From Chrysomallon squamiferum (taxonomy: Eukaryota; Animalia; Mollusca), in contig CM022672.1 of NCBI GenBank assembly GCA_012295275.1, forward strand, positions 33,542,001 through 33,606,000: a stretch of 64,000 bases of DNA, given 5' to 3'. Within the stretch, counting starts at the first letter, position 1. Each line of letters opens with the position of its first letter. Positions 11,764 to 26,736 of the stretch are shown here, in pieces. The translations under genes and the position numbers were made by a program. Under the pieces are notes generated by a model. That model saw only the letters and a list, made by a program, of their open reading frames with translations, ran no database searches and had not been told where the DNA came from.

Positions 11764-12196
11764 TAATAATAATAATAATGATAATAAAATAACAATAGTC
11801 CCTGCTAGAAAAAAAAAATAAAAAATAAAAAAATAAATAAAGACAGAACAACAAACAGCGTAAAATTGAAATACACCACAAGGCGTATGCAGAAATGACA
11901 GCAGGTTTTGCTTTACAGAATACGCCGAAAGCGAAAACTAGCTTCTCTTCAACCTGAGTATAAAACGTTATAGACTCCATATCTCATATTATTTTATTTA
12001 TTTATTTATTTACTATTATTACTATTACTATTACTATTATTATTATTACTATAATTACTATTATTACTATTACTATTATTATTATTATTATTACTATAAT
12101 TACTATTATTACTATTATTATTATTATTACTATTATTACTATTATTATTATTATTATTATTATTAGTATTAGTATTAGTATTATTATTATTATTAC

Positions 12197-12521
12197 TGTG
12201 TTACATATGATGGAGGTGTGTGATTACGTGTTCATGTGTTCTGTGGGAACGAGCGGATATCATTGGTCATCGTTAACGAACAATTTACGAAACATTCTGC
12301 TTCCTTTGATTCCTCTGAGGTAGCCACGTGTAATCATATATCAGCATGACAGTGCCTAGACGATATAGCCGATATAGCCGATATAGCCGATATAGCCGAT
12401 AGGGTAGGAACGTCAACGAACTGTCACGAACTGTTAACAGATAAACAGAGAAACACAAATGGCATGTCATGGATGCCATGGATCGTCGAGTCAACAGCAT
12501 CCTCAGCTCACATTGTACACA
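12197..12521. mobile_element. Possible solo LTR or MITE (~325 bp) with an internal 9-bp tandem repeat
   Basis: A GC-richer island between microsatellites. Its termini tgtgttaca...tgtacaca form an imperfect inverted repeat (TG..CA), and (gccgatata)n lies at 12361-12402. No TSD seen. Confidence 0.35.
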
Positions 12522-12924
12522 GAGCTTATTATTCTATTAGAATCATCATCATCAGTTTCGTGATCATCATTATTATAATCATCTTCGTCATCGACATCAT
12601 CGTCACCATCACGACCATCATCATTGCCATCATCATACTTATCATCATCATCACCATGATTATTATTTTTGTTGTTGTTGTTGTTATAGAAATATATTTG
12701 CTAAATAATATTGTTGTGATGGTGGAATTAACGTAAAGGAACAGTCTACTTAAGTTGTATTGACGATGATATGATGATAATAATAATAATAATAATAATA
12801 ATATTGATGATAATGATGCTGATGACGATAAACATCTTCGTCATCATCATTGTCGTTAGCTTTAGATTGTTTATAGAAATATATAATGATTTTATTTCTG
12901 TGACCAATGCAGGACAGTACATAC

Positions 12925-15330
12925 CCGCAACATGAAAGATACTGATGTAAACACTGACACTCTAAGTATGTATTCTCTGGTGACATCACAACACCGTCAG
13001 ATTCGCAGTACGGTTTGATTGTCCGTCATCTACAACAACAGCAATAGTTTAGTAAATGTCCAGTTTAACTATTCTCATATGATGATAATGAGAGAGAAAC
13101 TAAGTTAAGCTCTCCTCCCCAAACTCTTATGTATGTTTTATTTTTCGCGTCCTAGCTATGAACGTTAGTATTTGTGTATGAATGTGTGTATGTGTGTGTG
13201 TGTTTGTTTGTGTGTTTGTTTATGTGTGATCCTGAGGGAAAGGTTAATATGTGTGTGACTGAATAATCATCAGTTTGTAAATTTGCTAGTATCCTGACAG
13301 TTACTTCGGTCCGCGAATCAACGAAAAGCCTGTTTAATTGCGAGTTTAATTATCACCTCGGGAGTGGTGGGTGTTCCGGGCTCTTGTTTCGCAGAACGAT
13401 CTGGCGACAGACGTCTAGCAGCAGGGTTCGTAACACCCTTTTCTTTCTTATAACAATCCGAAGATTTTTTGTTGAGGGAGAACTGTGGAACGATCCCATA
13501 GTACGGTCGGTGTCCCGGGAACACACTTGGTAACTAGTTATTTATATGACTGCTGTTTTACCGTATTAACCCGTGTGTGGTTCATGTGACAGATTACAAT
13601 ATTTCTATTCATCTATATTAATCTTTACTACCGTATTGATTGTTCAACAGTTTTATAAAATGTCTTCTGTTTGTTGTTTTCTTGTGTACAAAAACTTGAT
13701 ACGGTATTTATAATATACTGCATAATTATATCCCATATCGGATAACCCTACAACAAGCCAACTCAGGTAGTAACTGACCTGAGACGGACATATATTTACA
13801 ACTTAGGGGAATCCCCGTGAAAGGAACAAATTGGGGCCTTGGTCAGGGATCTTAAGCGGAGACGTACCTATTGAAATCTGATTTGTAATTGAGGGCTTTA
13901 TAAATTTGTATTGCAATTCAGTAGACGTACGCCATAGTACCCAGGTAGTCGGTTTAATGAGGTCAGCTGAGCCATAGTTACTGGGTAGACCATCGCCAGA
14001 AAGGGTAAATGAACCGGTTGAGTTTGACAAAAAGGCTAAGTCACGAATTTAAAGCCGGGGATAAGGTGCTGCTGTAGCTTCCATTTAAAAAGGGTTCATT
14101 GAAGAACCGATATTTCAGTCACTATGTTGTGCATAAACGGGTTAAAGAGACAGGCTATATTATAACGCTCCTGATAGGGATAGGACAATTAGGTATTGTC
14201 ACATCAGTTTACTAAAGGGCTACGTTGACAGACTGCGGATAGTTCCCGTGTTACCTGTCCAGACTGGGAGCCTCTCAACCCCGTGTGATGACGCCAGGAC
14301 TGCAGAGATCAAATTAACCAACAGCCACATTCTAGCAGACTTGAGTCTATTTCTACAGCACCTTGACAACCCTCAGCATGCATATGAGATAATACTTCCA
14401 CTTTTCAGAGCTTTACCTAATACTTTAATCCAGGATGTTTGGAGCCAAACGCTACACCGATTCGCCGGCATTCCTATCGGCTAAACTCGGAAAAACTGGC
14501 AGTAGTGAAAAAAAAAAAAGTAGGTAGATTACATGCTGGAACACAACATTTTGGAATACAACATTCTGAAACCATCGTTCAGTCAGTTGGCATCACCTGT
14601 TATTCTAATTCAAAAAGGTGATAACAGCTTTCGGGTGTGTGCTGTCCTGTGTCGTATGAATCAACTCATAATGGCAGATGTTTACCCTCTGCCCCGCCTT
14701 GACGATTGCATCGATCAGGTTGGACATGCTAAATTCATCACCAAATTGGACTTACTGAAGGGTTATTACGTCATTCTCTTAAGAAATCGGCACTGCATCC
14801 AGAGGTTGTTTTACTGACCATGATCCACTGACCTTCACCCACAGAAGGAAAGCCACCAACCGGGGCATTTTAAGATGGAGTCTTCTTCTGCAGGAATTCC
14901 CAATTACCATTGAAACCTCAAAAAATCATCATTCTTCTCTATGACCTCTTTCTATCTGTCAGCTTTTTAATGCTACATTCATGAAATTCCTTAGTTTTAG
15001 CTAATATTTACTTCATACAAACAGACATAACTTTCCTCATTGCCTGACACAAACACACACACACACACACATACATGCACACACACACGCGCACGTACAC
15101 TAATATATAATAATTAATATTATAATTAATTAATTTACGAAAACAAAGACGACAGGGTATATTACTAATGACAAATATTCTTTATAACCACAACTAGTTA
15201 CTTTGGTTTGAATATCAATCTACAGAAATGATCAACGTACCTGTCATGCTGAGTTTAGCATCTCCATCAGACAGTAAGAATCTGAAGTGTAAAGAAACGT
15301 AGAAAACGTTAGGACAGCGAAAACCAACAT
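12925..15330 (-). pseudogene. Beta-MSP-like pseudogene D (paralog of gene C); exon 1 15330-15241, exon 2 13029-12925, exon 3 lost
   Basis: Exon 1 is 90 nt (91 in gene C) and reads MLVFAVLTFSTFLYTSDSYCLMEMLNSA*. Exon 2 has a 1-nt and an 18-nt deletion and has lost one Cys. An LTR element sits in intron 1. Confidence 0.85.
13254..14918 (+). mobile_element. Internally deleted Gmr1-like (Ty3/Gypsy group) LTR retrotransposon remnant: LTR, PBS, integrase C-terminus, RT N-terminus, RNase H fragment
   Basis: Putative LTR TGTGAC..ACA (13254-13828) is followed by a degenerate tRNA-Pro PBS, tggggccttggtcagggat. ~14020-14230 reads FDKKAK..EFKAGDKVLL*LP..GYII.APDR..CHISLLKGY (INT C-term). ~14440-14780 reads PIRRHSYR..SPVILIQKGDNSFRVC..YPLPRLDDCIDQVGHAKFITKLDLLKGY (RT). 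~14796-14915 reads TDHDPLTF..ILRWSLLLQEF (RH). Confidence 0.85.
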
Positions 15331-15540
15331 GTTTGCTTCTCTCACTCGATGTTTTTATGACTGTCGAACTTACTGAACTTAGAAAGATAAGAAAAACAAC
15401 CATATGTTTGTTTTCTTTTTTATTTCTTCTATTTTTTTTCTTTTTTTTCAACCTTTTGCGTTTTTGGTATGTAAATTTGTGTAACGGAGAGCCATATAGA
15501 GATAGTGAATGAGTCTGAGAAAGAAAGAAAAAACGAGAGA

Positions 15541-15906
15541 GAGAGAGACTTGAAACTTGACAAATAATGTTATATTTGTGTTGTCATTGTGGTTATATGT
15601 ATGTGTATGTTTGTGTGTGTACCTCTTTCTCTCTCTATATATATAAAACTGACAAATTTGCACACAAGGTTTACGCACACACGTACAAAAGCGAAACCTC
15701 TTCTTTAAAAGGCTAATTGTTCATTTTTATTTTAATTTTGCATTGTTGTAAGAAAGATGTGAATTCTGATAGAAAGGGTTTAAAGGTATATGAAATCTGA
15801 ATTATGCTCAATTTAAATTTAACCTGATGCAAATATACAGGCAATGTTTTCTGAGAAAAAATATAATTATTTTGTGGAAGAATTAATGAAAGAATGAATG
15901 TTTAAC
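15541..15906 (+). repeat. Direct repeat (partner ~17049-17488) flanking the U2-like gene
   Basis: Shared gtgaattctgatagaaagggtttaaa..tatgaaatctgaattatgctcaatttaaatttaacctgatgcaaatatacaggcaatgtttt. Confidence 0.85.
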
Positions 15907-15972
15907 ACACAAACCTGCAAATAAAAGTAGTAGTAGTAGCAGTAATAATAATAATACTAATAATAAAATAAA

Positions 15973-16004
<32 letters not shown>

Positions 16005-16011
16005 ATAATAA

Positions 16012-16043
<32 letters not shown>

Positions 16044-16072
16044 GTGTTCTGTAATACAAATTAATATTTGAA

Positions 16073-16103
<31 letters not shown>

Positions 16104-16167
16104 CTAAAATAAATAATTCAGTAAAAATAAATAATTAATTTTGATTTCAAGTTTCTCCCAGAACGGA

Positions 16168-16353
16168 GGGGCGATTCCTGGATGTACTGCAATATCGGGT
16201 AAACCCGTGGCAAAGGCGGAGCAAGCCCCTGACACTTCGCTTAGTTCCAAAAATCAGTTTAATATCGATGTCCCCAATGGAGAACGTATCAAATATTAAG
16301 CTGATAAGAACAGACACTACACTTTGATCTTAGCAGAAAGGCCGATAAACAAA
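16168..16353 (-). ncRNA. U2: U2 spliceosomal snRNA variant, probably a pseudogene
   Basis: Minus strand reads TCGGCCTTTCTGCTAAGATCAAAGTGTAGTGTCTGTTCTTATCAGCTTAATATTTGATACG, with an Sm site GATTTTTGG and loop IV TATTGCAGTAC. Full length (~186 nt), but the first 8 nt and the branch-pairing hexamer are altered. Confidence 0.9.
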
Positions 16354-16868
16354 ACCTACATTTATTAAGCAAATCATATAAATATTTAAGAAAGCAATTG
16401 GACACTGGTGTGTGATTTTAGACAGATAAATAGACAGATTAATAACTGTGTAATGGAGATAAGAATTTTCTGACAAAATTTCAGCGTTTAATAATGCTTG
16501 TTTCTGTTGCCTTGCACTGTGTGTGATTTGAATAATATTTAAACAGAACTGTGCGTGAATTTAACATACATTTGGACCTGTTGCGTTCTTCCCATCTATG
16601 AAACGTAGCTCTGACGAATTTCCGTTCGATGCATACTAAAAATAACTTCCACATTTAGAAAAGCTTAGCTTCTCAGTCAGTGCAGCGTGCGTTCGAGCAC
16701 TTGGTGTTCATTTATAACCCAAGTGAAGAATTAGCCACAAGGACAAAATTAACCCAGTTTTTATTACCGTCTTCCAAAATTTACAATGATATAAATACAT
16801 AAGAATCCTATTCTGAAGTGCTGCAATATTTGAAAAATGAAAGACGGAGAGGCAGACAGTGATTGAGA

Positions 16869-16998
<130 letters not shown>

Positions 16999-18014
16999 TG
17001 TGTGTGTGTGAGAGAGCGAGAAACAAAAACAGAAGGACAGAAATAGACAGAGAGACATCATGAAACTTCATAAATAATGTTGTTGTCAGTGGGGTTATAT
17101 GTGCGTGTGTGTTTGTGTACTTGTGAGTGCAGATTTGCATATGCATATGTGTGTGTGTGTGCGTGTATATAACTGACAAATTTTACACACAAGCAGGTTT
17201 ACACGCACACACACACACACAGCACACATGCACACTACTCCATAAACATAAGCGAAACCATTTCCTTAAAAGGCTAATTGTTTATTTTTTGTATTAATAT
17301 ATTTTTTTTAATTTTCATGTTTGGGAGAAAGGTGTGAATTCTGATAGAAAGGGTTTAAATTTAGCGTATATGAAATCTGAATTATGCTCAATTTAAATTT
17401 AACCTGATGCAAATATACAGGCAATGTTTTCAAATAAAAAGATCTAGTTATTTTGTGGAAGAATTAGTTAAAGAATGAATATTTAACGACAATCCAGAAA
17501 ATATATTGTCTTGAATATTTAAATAATAATAATAATATTAATAATAAAGGCAATTTCAATAATAGCAATAATAACAACAGAATAGTGAAGGTATAAAACA
17601 GCTATAGGCACTATGGAGGTAATAGTAATATTATTGTTACTGTTACTTCTAAATCGGCGCCAACTTTCTGCTAAATGTCATAATCAGGAAGGTCGTGCAA
17701 AAATCACAAGCGACTGAGCCAAAGAAACAAACATTTTTCATTATATATATAGTTGTAGCAATACTCGAGTAGTAAAATGTAAAAGTAATGACTGTAATAA
17801 TAATAGTAACAGATGTGTTAGTATTAGAGTTATTAGTAGAGTCTGATATAACTTAGTAGCATTAGTAGCATTATTAGTCGAGTAGGGTTTTTGTAGTATT
17901 GGTAGGATTGCCAGTACTATGAGTGGTAGCTGTCTCATTAGAACTCCGCCTGTGACTAAGACATTAAGAAACAATTCCCAGTAGCGAGAAGACATAAAAG
18001 GCGGACTTTCAGAG

Positions 18015-19400
18015 AAACCAAACGTCTTGAAAACTTCTAAGTAAGTAGTCAGGCAGCAACAGAAAAAATAATAAGTAGTGGTTCTCTGGTTGAAAGAAAA
18101 CGAAAACGAAATTATTTTACTAGTTTGAAATAAACACAAAATAACACCCAGCTTCAAATAGTGCATGCTGTTTTAAAAATAAAATACAGAAAATAAACTA
18201 AAATTGTTATTGATGAAAATATATCTGGTAAGGGCAAAGATACACACTGACATAAAAACTAGTCATTTATTTTTAACATTACGTTTAGCAGATCGTGTAT
18301 ACAACTCAGTTCATTGTTTTGTCACAAGCTAAACGTGCCTGCTTTGACGAAACTCTACACTGCTGTGACGAAATTTTACACTGCTGCAATGAAACTACAC
18401 TGCTGACTCACATGACTGGTATTACTTTTGTATGAGTCGGTTTTATACGTTCACTGGGAACACACCGCCCATTATAAAATAACACATGCATTTATCGAAT
18501 TACAAAAGCTCCAGCAAAAGTAAGAAAAAAAGAAAAAAGAAAGAAAGGAAAGAAAATAACAACAGTAATAGTATTTATAGCATTATTATTATACTGTTAC
18601 TATTACTACTACTACTGCTGCTGCTACGGATCACCTATTTTCTGTATAGCGATCTTTCTGAGTCATCATACTTCTAACTGTAACACCTGACAAATCGGGA
18701 CATACTTGAGAGGCCAGATGAAGTTTAGGATTACTCACTAAGGTTAGCTTACACACACACATACAAAATATAAACGAATACTGTAACACCTGACAAATCG
18801 GGACATACTTGAGAGGCCAGATAAAGTTTAGAATGACTCATTAAGTTTAGCTCGCTCTCATGTAGTAAACGAACAAAATAACTGTGCATGATATAACGTT
18901 CAACATAGTGACACATTTTCCGAAGTTAAGCTCCCTTCGTGATGCAGAATTACGTTTTTTAGTTAGTATAGCCATAAATACACTCACACAATTCTTCTTC
19001 TTATCATTATTATTATTATTATATATTTTGTTTTGTTTTTTTTGAATATTTAAGGACTCGTTTGTATATAGGGCGTATACTATCATATTTCTCATCCCTT
19101 GAGTAACACACAGTCTGCCATGAATTGAACAGCCAATCAAACACAGGCTAAGAACAATACGTGAAAAAGAGCTTTCTCTTTTCTAAGGGAAAAGTAACCT
19201 CACGTATCCATCAAAGGCAACATTAACCAAAGTATCCAATAAAGTCAGTAAACTGCTAGATTTCATAATAAATCTACAGCAGACACCTCTAACAACGTTT
19301 ACTCTGAGAGAAACAAAATGATGGGATCGTGGAAATGTAGGGAAAGTTGAAATTCATCGGGTATTGATTAACAGTAAGGTAAGTCCAGGCAAAAATAATT
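18015..19400 (+). repeat. Low-copy module M, copy 2
   Basis: Homologous to 7438-9530; contains an internal duplication 18676-18750 / 18780-18860. Confidence 0.85.
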
Positions 19401-19755
19401 TATTTGTGAACGAATTAGACCTGACATAGCTACCAATGAGAAACAAACAACTTAAAAACTGTTCAGAAGCCGAATTTCAAATTGTTATACAAGAAGCAGT
19501 GAATTTCTTCACCAAGAAACAAGATAATGTTTATTTAAATATTTTATTAGGACATACTTTTTCTTTTCAGTTTGAAATATGTAATTGGCAGAACAATGTG
19601 GTCTTTCTAAATTATGAAAATAACGGGTCAGCAATAATGCCAAATGATATCTATTTAGATTCAAGGCATTCTATGTAGAAACTAGATTAACTGATTTTTA
19701 ACTCACATTTGGTTGTGTTAGCGAAATATGTATTGAATAATTTATCTATTGTCAT

Positions 19756-19798
<43 letters not shown>

Positions 19799-20673
19799 GT
19801 TATTTATTTATTTATTTATTTAGTTAGTTAGTTAGTTATTTAGTTTAGTTAGTTATTTAGTTAGTTAGTTAGTTATATCAGGCCTCGAAATGACAGATCG
19901 TCAGGTCGGCAAATGCGGCTAAAATTATGGGTCAATATCCAAAAAATATTATTCTGGCGACCTTGTTGTTTGCTTCCTTAAGTTATAACATGTTAATCAT
20001 TTTATCGTAAATATTTATTTCACATAAAAATGTCACACTAAATTTGTGGATCGAATATATATGTATTAGTAATAGTAGTAGGTAGTAGTAGGGGTTGTAG
20101 TAGTAGTAGTGGTAGTAGTAGTAGTAGTAATAGTAGATGTAGTAATAGTAGCAGTAGTAGGAGTTGTAGTAATAGTAGTAGTAGTAGTAATGAAAAATAT
20201 TTATTTATTTGTTTGTTTGCTTGTTTATTTACTTATTTGTTTGTTAGTTTGTTTGTTTGTTTATTTTTATTTTTATTTACTACTTCTTGTAGTAAACGTA
20301 GTACTGTAAATGACATAACTGTTCACACTGTTAGAATAACTAGCGACACCAGTTCGCAACTACTGTATCCATTCATCTTCCTTCTGACATAACAGTATAA
20401 AAATACGCCGCAATAAAATATAAATTTACATTACTCATAGTGATTTTTGTTGTTGACTATATTTCCTAAATACAGATAACGTCATTTAAGTAGTAATAAC
20501 TGAAGTGTTGCAACGATATAAAGCTGAAGCAGTCATATGAGTAGTTCCATAAATAGTTTCGATAATTTCCGTAGTACTGTTGTAATCAAAGTAGAAATAG
20601 TATTAGGTTTCGCCTACGTTGTTATCATCGTTGTCGCAATAACAGTAGTAGTTATAATCATAATAATAATAAT

Positions 20674-20757
<84 letters not shown>

Positions 20758-21032
20758 CATATTCATAATGGCAGTTCCAATAATAGCAATAATAACAATA
20801 TAGTGAAGGTACGACAACAGATACAGATACTATAGAAGTAATATTATTATTATTATTATTATTATTACTGATACTTCTAAATTGTGCCAACTTTCTGCTA
20901 AATGTCGCATATACAAGAATGTCTAGAAGCAGCCTTTTAGGTAAAACCGTTCATTTTTATTTAGATCCGCATGAAATATTCTCCGATTAATTCCACAGTG
21001 ACAAGCGACTGAGTTAACAGAAACAAACATAG

Positions 21033-21069
<37 letters not shown>

Positions 21070-21257
21070 TAGCAGTACTCGAGTAGTAAAATGTAATAGT
21101 AATGGGTGTAATGATAATAGTAACAGATGTGTTTGTATTATCATTATCAGTAGAGTAGGGTTTGGTAGTATTTGTAGTATTACCAGTAGTATGAGTGGTA
21201 GCTGTCTCATTAGAACTCAGTCTGTAGTTCAGACATTAAGAAACAATAAACACAGAT

Positions 21258-22575
<1,318 letters not shown>

Positions 22576-22619
22576 ATGATTCCCACATTGCTTTGTTTTT
22601 TTTTGTTCTTGTTTTTTTG

Positions 22620-23236
22620 TCACTGCGAAATTGCAAATATCACTCTAGTCAAAGTTATTTGTATAGATTCTGTATAATATTTTCTGTAATGTTTCACAAC
22701 GGAATAATTATTAACTGACCCTGACAGTTTGTAAAAATTGCGGGAAAGTTTATACAAAAGTAATTTTTTTGTTGTTGTAGAAAACAGATGTTGAAATGTT
22801 ACTGCTTTTGGTCTAAGTGTACAGTATGGTATATATTTATTTCTCTCAGAAGATAAAGTTGTGCGTAAAAATATAGAGGATCTCAGCACCAGTATCAGAA
22901 TTACATGAATGAAATATCTTCTCTGAATGTCTTCTCTTTCGATACTGAACCATCTACAAGTTTCAATAGTAAGTCTGACATTACTGCTTATAAACTTTCT
23001 ATCATTTTTTTTTTGGCATCTTGAACAGATAATTTTCTAATTTAAATTCATCTTTAGACTTCCTATAATTAATACCTTTAGATGACTCAAGTTTATTTAC
23101 GATTTTTGTAAAACATAAAAGCTTTTCAACCACAAGACATTCATTTGGAGACATGAATACGTACTATATAAACCACATTCATCTAGTATACTTTTTATGG
23201 AATATAACAAAGGACATTGATATAGCATTTAAACTA
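22620..23236 (-). mobile_element. Non-LTR retrotransposon (LINE) ORF2 3' fragment, degenerate
   Basis: Reads ..SSKGINYRKSKDEFKLENYL..SSNVRLTIETCRWFSIERED..SCNSDTGAEILYIF..ERNKYIPYCTLRP, the typical LINE ORF2 C-terminus (RLPIETGRW / decayed CCHC). Confidence 0.8.
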
Positions 23237-24239
23237 GATTTCATAATAAATCTACAGAAGACACCTCTGACTACGTTTACTCTGAGAGAAACAAATGATG
23301 GGATCGTGGAAATGTAGGGAAAGTTGAAATTCATCGGGTATTGATTAACAGTAAGGTAAGACCAGGCAAAAATAATTTATTTGTGAACGAATTAGACCTG
23401 ACATAGCTACCAATGAGAAACAAACAACTTAAAAACTGTTCAGAAGCCGAATTTCTTCACCAAGAAACAAGATAATGTTTATTTAAATATTTTATTAGGA
23501 CATACTTTTTCTTTTCAGTTTGAAATATGTAATTAGCAGAACAATGTGGACTTTCTAAACGATGAAAATAACGTGTCAGCAATAATGCCAAATGATATCT
23601 ATTTAGATTCAAGACATTCTATGTAGAAACTAGATTAACTGATTTTTAACTCACATTTGGTTGTATTAGCGAAATATTTATTGAATAATTTATCTATTCT
23701 CATTTATTTATTTATTTATTTATTTATTTAGTTATTTATTTATTTATTTATTTAGTTAGTTAGTTAGTTATAGCAGGGCTCGAAATGACAGATCGTCAGG
23801 TCGGCAAATGCGGACAAAATTATGGGTCAATATCCAAAAAATATTATTCTGGCGACCTTGTTTTTTGCTTCCTTAAGTTATAACATGTTAATCATTTTAT
23901 CGTAAATATGTATTTCACATAAAAATGTCACACTAAATTTGTGGATCGAATATATATGTATTAGTAATAGTAGTAGGTAATAGTAGGGGTTGTAGTAGTA
24001 GTAGTGGTAGTAGTAGTAGTAGTAGTAGTAATAGTAGATGTAGTAATAGTAGCAGTAGTAGGAGTTGTAGTAATAGTAGTAGTAGTAGTAATGAAAAATA
24101 TTTATTTATTTGTTTGTTTGCTTGTTTATTTACTTATTTGTTTGTTAGTTTGTTTGTTTGTTTATTTTTATTTTTATTTACTACTTCTTGTAGTAAACGT
24201 ACTACTGTAAATGACATAACTGTTCACACTGTTAGAATA
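23237..24239 (+). repeat. ~1-kb local copy of 19256-20340 inserted into the LINE, flanked by a 62-bp duplication
   Basis: 23175-23236 is identical to 24240-24301. The insert matches 19256-20340 with a short deletion between two gaatttc copies. Confidence 0.9.
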
Positions 24240-24903
<664 letters not shown>

Positions 24904-25442
24904 ATATATATATATTACTTCGATCAATCCGAAAAGGAAACATCAGTTAGTGTTTGTACATTGAATGTAATTCTGCTGTTGAAATACCTATGTATGCTAA
25001 CTTTTCTCTATCTAGAGATGTATTTAATGTTTGTATGATAAGTATTGTTTTTGAAATATCTCTGTTTTTGAAATACTTCCATCAATCTAAAGAAGTAAGT
25101 AACTGCTTTTTGTTGTTATTTTTGTTTTAATAAGAAGTATTGGATTTTTATATCTATATCTGTGTCTATGATACTGCCAATCCAGAGTTGTAACTGATGT
25201 TTGTATAAGTGTTTTTGTTGAAATATCTATGAACTCTGTTCGTCTAAAGTTTTATGAAACAAATTTAATTTTTATGTAATGAGTGTTTTACTTATTAAAA
25301 ATATTTAAAACTTTTGTGAACCATATGAAAACAATATATTTTCAGTCCTATATAATATATATTCTTTTCTCTCTTTTCTTCAGAAGTTGCACTATTTATC
25401 ATGACATAATAAGGAGAGAGTGTGCACAGTAAAGACAGCTAA

Positions 25443-25446
25443 ATGG
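25443..25446 (+). CDS. SACS: Sacsin-like gene 1, coding exon 1 (ATG G; exon acceptor at 25384)
   Basis: ttttcttcag| at 25383 and aaATGG|gtatgt; phase 1 fits the next exon (G+CT = Ala). Confidence 0.65.
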
Positions 25447-25789
25447 GTATGTGGATTTATTTATTTCTGTTTACCTTTTTAAATACAAATCTTCAAATAT
25501 TAATTCCACCACTAGGTTGTTTGATTTTACCAAAACATAATGAGTCCTTATTTGATTTTTAATTTGATTTTTGCTGTTTCTAATTAATTACTTTATATTT
25601 AATTTCAATTTTTAATATTTTTTACTTATAATTTAATGTCATGGTTTTCAAACTTTAAAAAAAAAAAAATTGTAAAACATCTATACATACAGTTTTAGTT
25701 TTGGATTTTATACTTCATTTATACATAATTGCGGAGTATTATTTTTGTTAAAATGACTTATCTTTTCTAATTAATGAGAGTAATTTCAG

Positions 25790-25902
25790 CTTCCTCTGGG
25801 TCTAGCAAACTAAAGGAAGGACTTGCTTGCATGAAACAGCCTAGTCTCATCAAGCAGCTGAAATCAGTACTGGATCAGTATCCAAAAGGACAGATTCTAA
25901 AG
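25790..25902 (+). CDS. SACS: Sacsin-like gene 1, exon 2 (start of SRR1)
   Basis: tttcag| then (A)SSGSSKLKEGLACMKQPSLIKQLKSVLDQYPKGQILK, ending |gtagta. Confidence 0.85.
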
Positions 25903-26102
25903 GTAGTATTATATGATAAAATTATAAATTCAAAGCAGTTCCAAATTTTTAAAGTCTGATCTTTAATATTAATAAAATAAAATGTAAAAGCTAACTTTCA
26001 AACCTTTTCTGTCGCTTCTACACTATGATACTTTTACTGTTACTAACTCTAGTGCTTTTTGTTTGCTTTGCAATGACACCTGTTATTACTACTGTTTTAC
26101 AG

Positions 26103-26228
26103 GAAATCATACAGAATGCTGAAGATGCAGGTGCTAAGGAGGTGAAAGTGTTATATGAAAAACAGCAGTGTAACAAGTCAGAAGACTTGGCTAAGCTGAA
26201 AAATCCATGTCATGTGAAAGCACTGCAG
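26103..26228 (+). CDS. SACS: Sacsin-like gene 1, exon 3
   Basis: ttttacag| EIIQNAEDAGAKEV...KALQ |gtacgt; carries the GHKL/HSP90-like N-box. Confidence 0.92.
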
Positions 26229-26644
26229 GTACGTGAAATGAAGTGTAAATGATGTCTGAGTGTATGAAGAACACAGTAACAACATATGTCTGGCTGAGCT
26301 GAATGGGTGCACTGAAAAGCTGAATGAAAAATTGTGATAATGTTTAAATATTCTTAAACATCAAACGTTGTCATTATTGTTGTTGTTATTGTTGTTGTAT
26401 TGCTGTTGTTATTGTTGTAATTATTATTGATAATGATATTGGAAATAATCATTGTTCACCAACAAGGAAAATGATATAATATAAATCAGCTGTGTAGCCA
26501 AACATTATGGAAAACAGTCTAACTTCAGTCTGTTGCTTGACATTTTCTTTATTTAAAAAGTGTTTTCTTACTAACACATTTGAGTAAGAGCCAGAATAAA
26601 ACATAGCAAAATAAAAAATAAAATGTTTTCCAATAACAATATCA

Positions 26645-26736
26645 AAACAGCCTAGTCTCATCAAGCAGCTGAAATCAGTACTGGACCAGGATCCAAAAGG
26701 ACAGATTCTAAAGGTAGTATTATATGATGAAATTAC
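26645..26736 (+). repeat. Intronic duplicate of the 3' part of exon 2 plus its donor site
   Basis: Matches ~25834-25925 with few substitutions. Confidence 0.92.

Noticed and set aside
11860-11980. KLVFAFGVF segment resembling the beta-MSP signal peptide MLVFAVLTF
   Set aside because: Only a 4-residue match, no ATG in place, no phase-1 donor, and the frame is broken in the 47280-47350 copy.
16660-16710. GTTCGAGCAC as a Pol III B-box of a tRNA or SINE
   Set aside because: Imperfect B-box, no cloverleaf and no convincing A-box.
17133-17140. ATTTGCAT octamer as a U2 distal sequence element
   Set aside because: It lies ~780 bp upstream within low-complexity sequence and is expected by chance in AT-rich DNA.
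18339-18409. 21-bp repeats (and the 9-bp repeat at 12361) as a CRISPR array or C/D snoRNA boxes
   Set aside because: The units are head-to-tail with no spacers, the context is eukaryotic with no cas genes, and the C/D-like motifs are too close together with no terminal stem.
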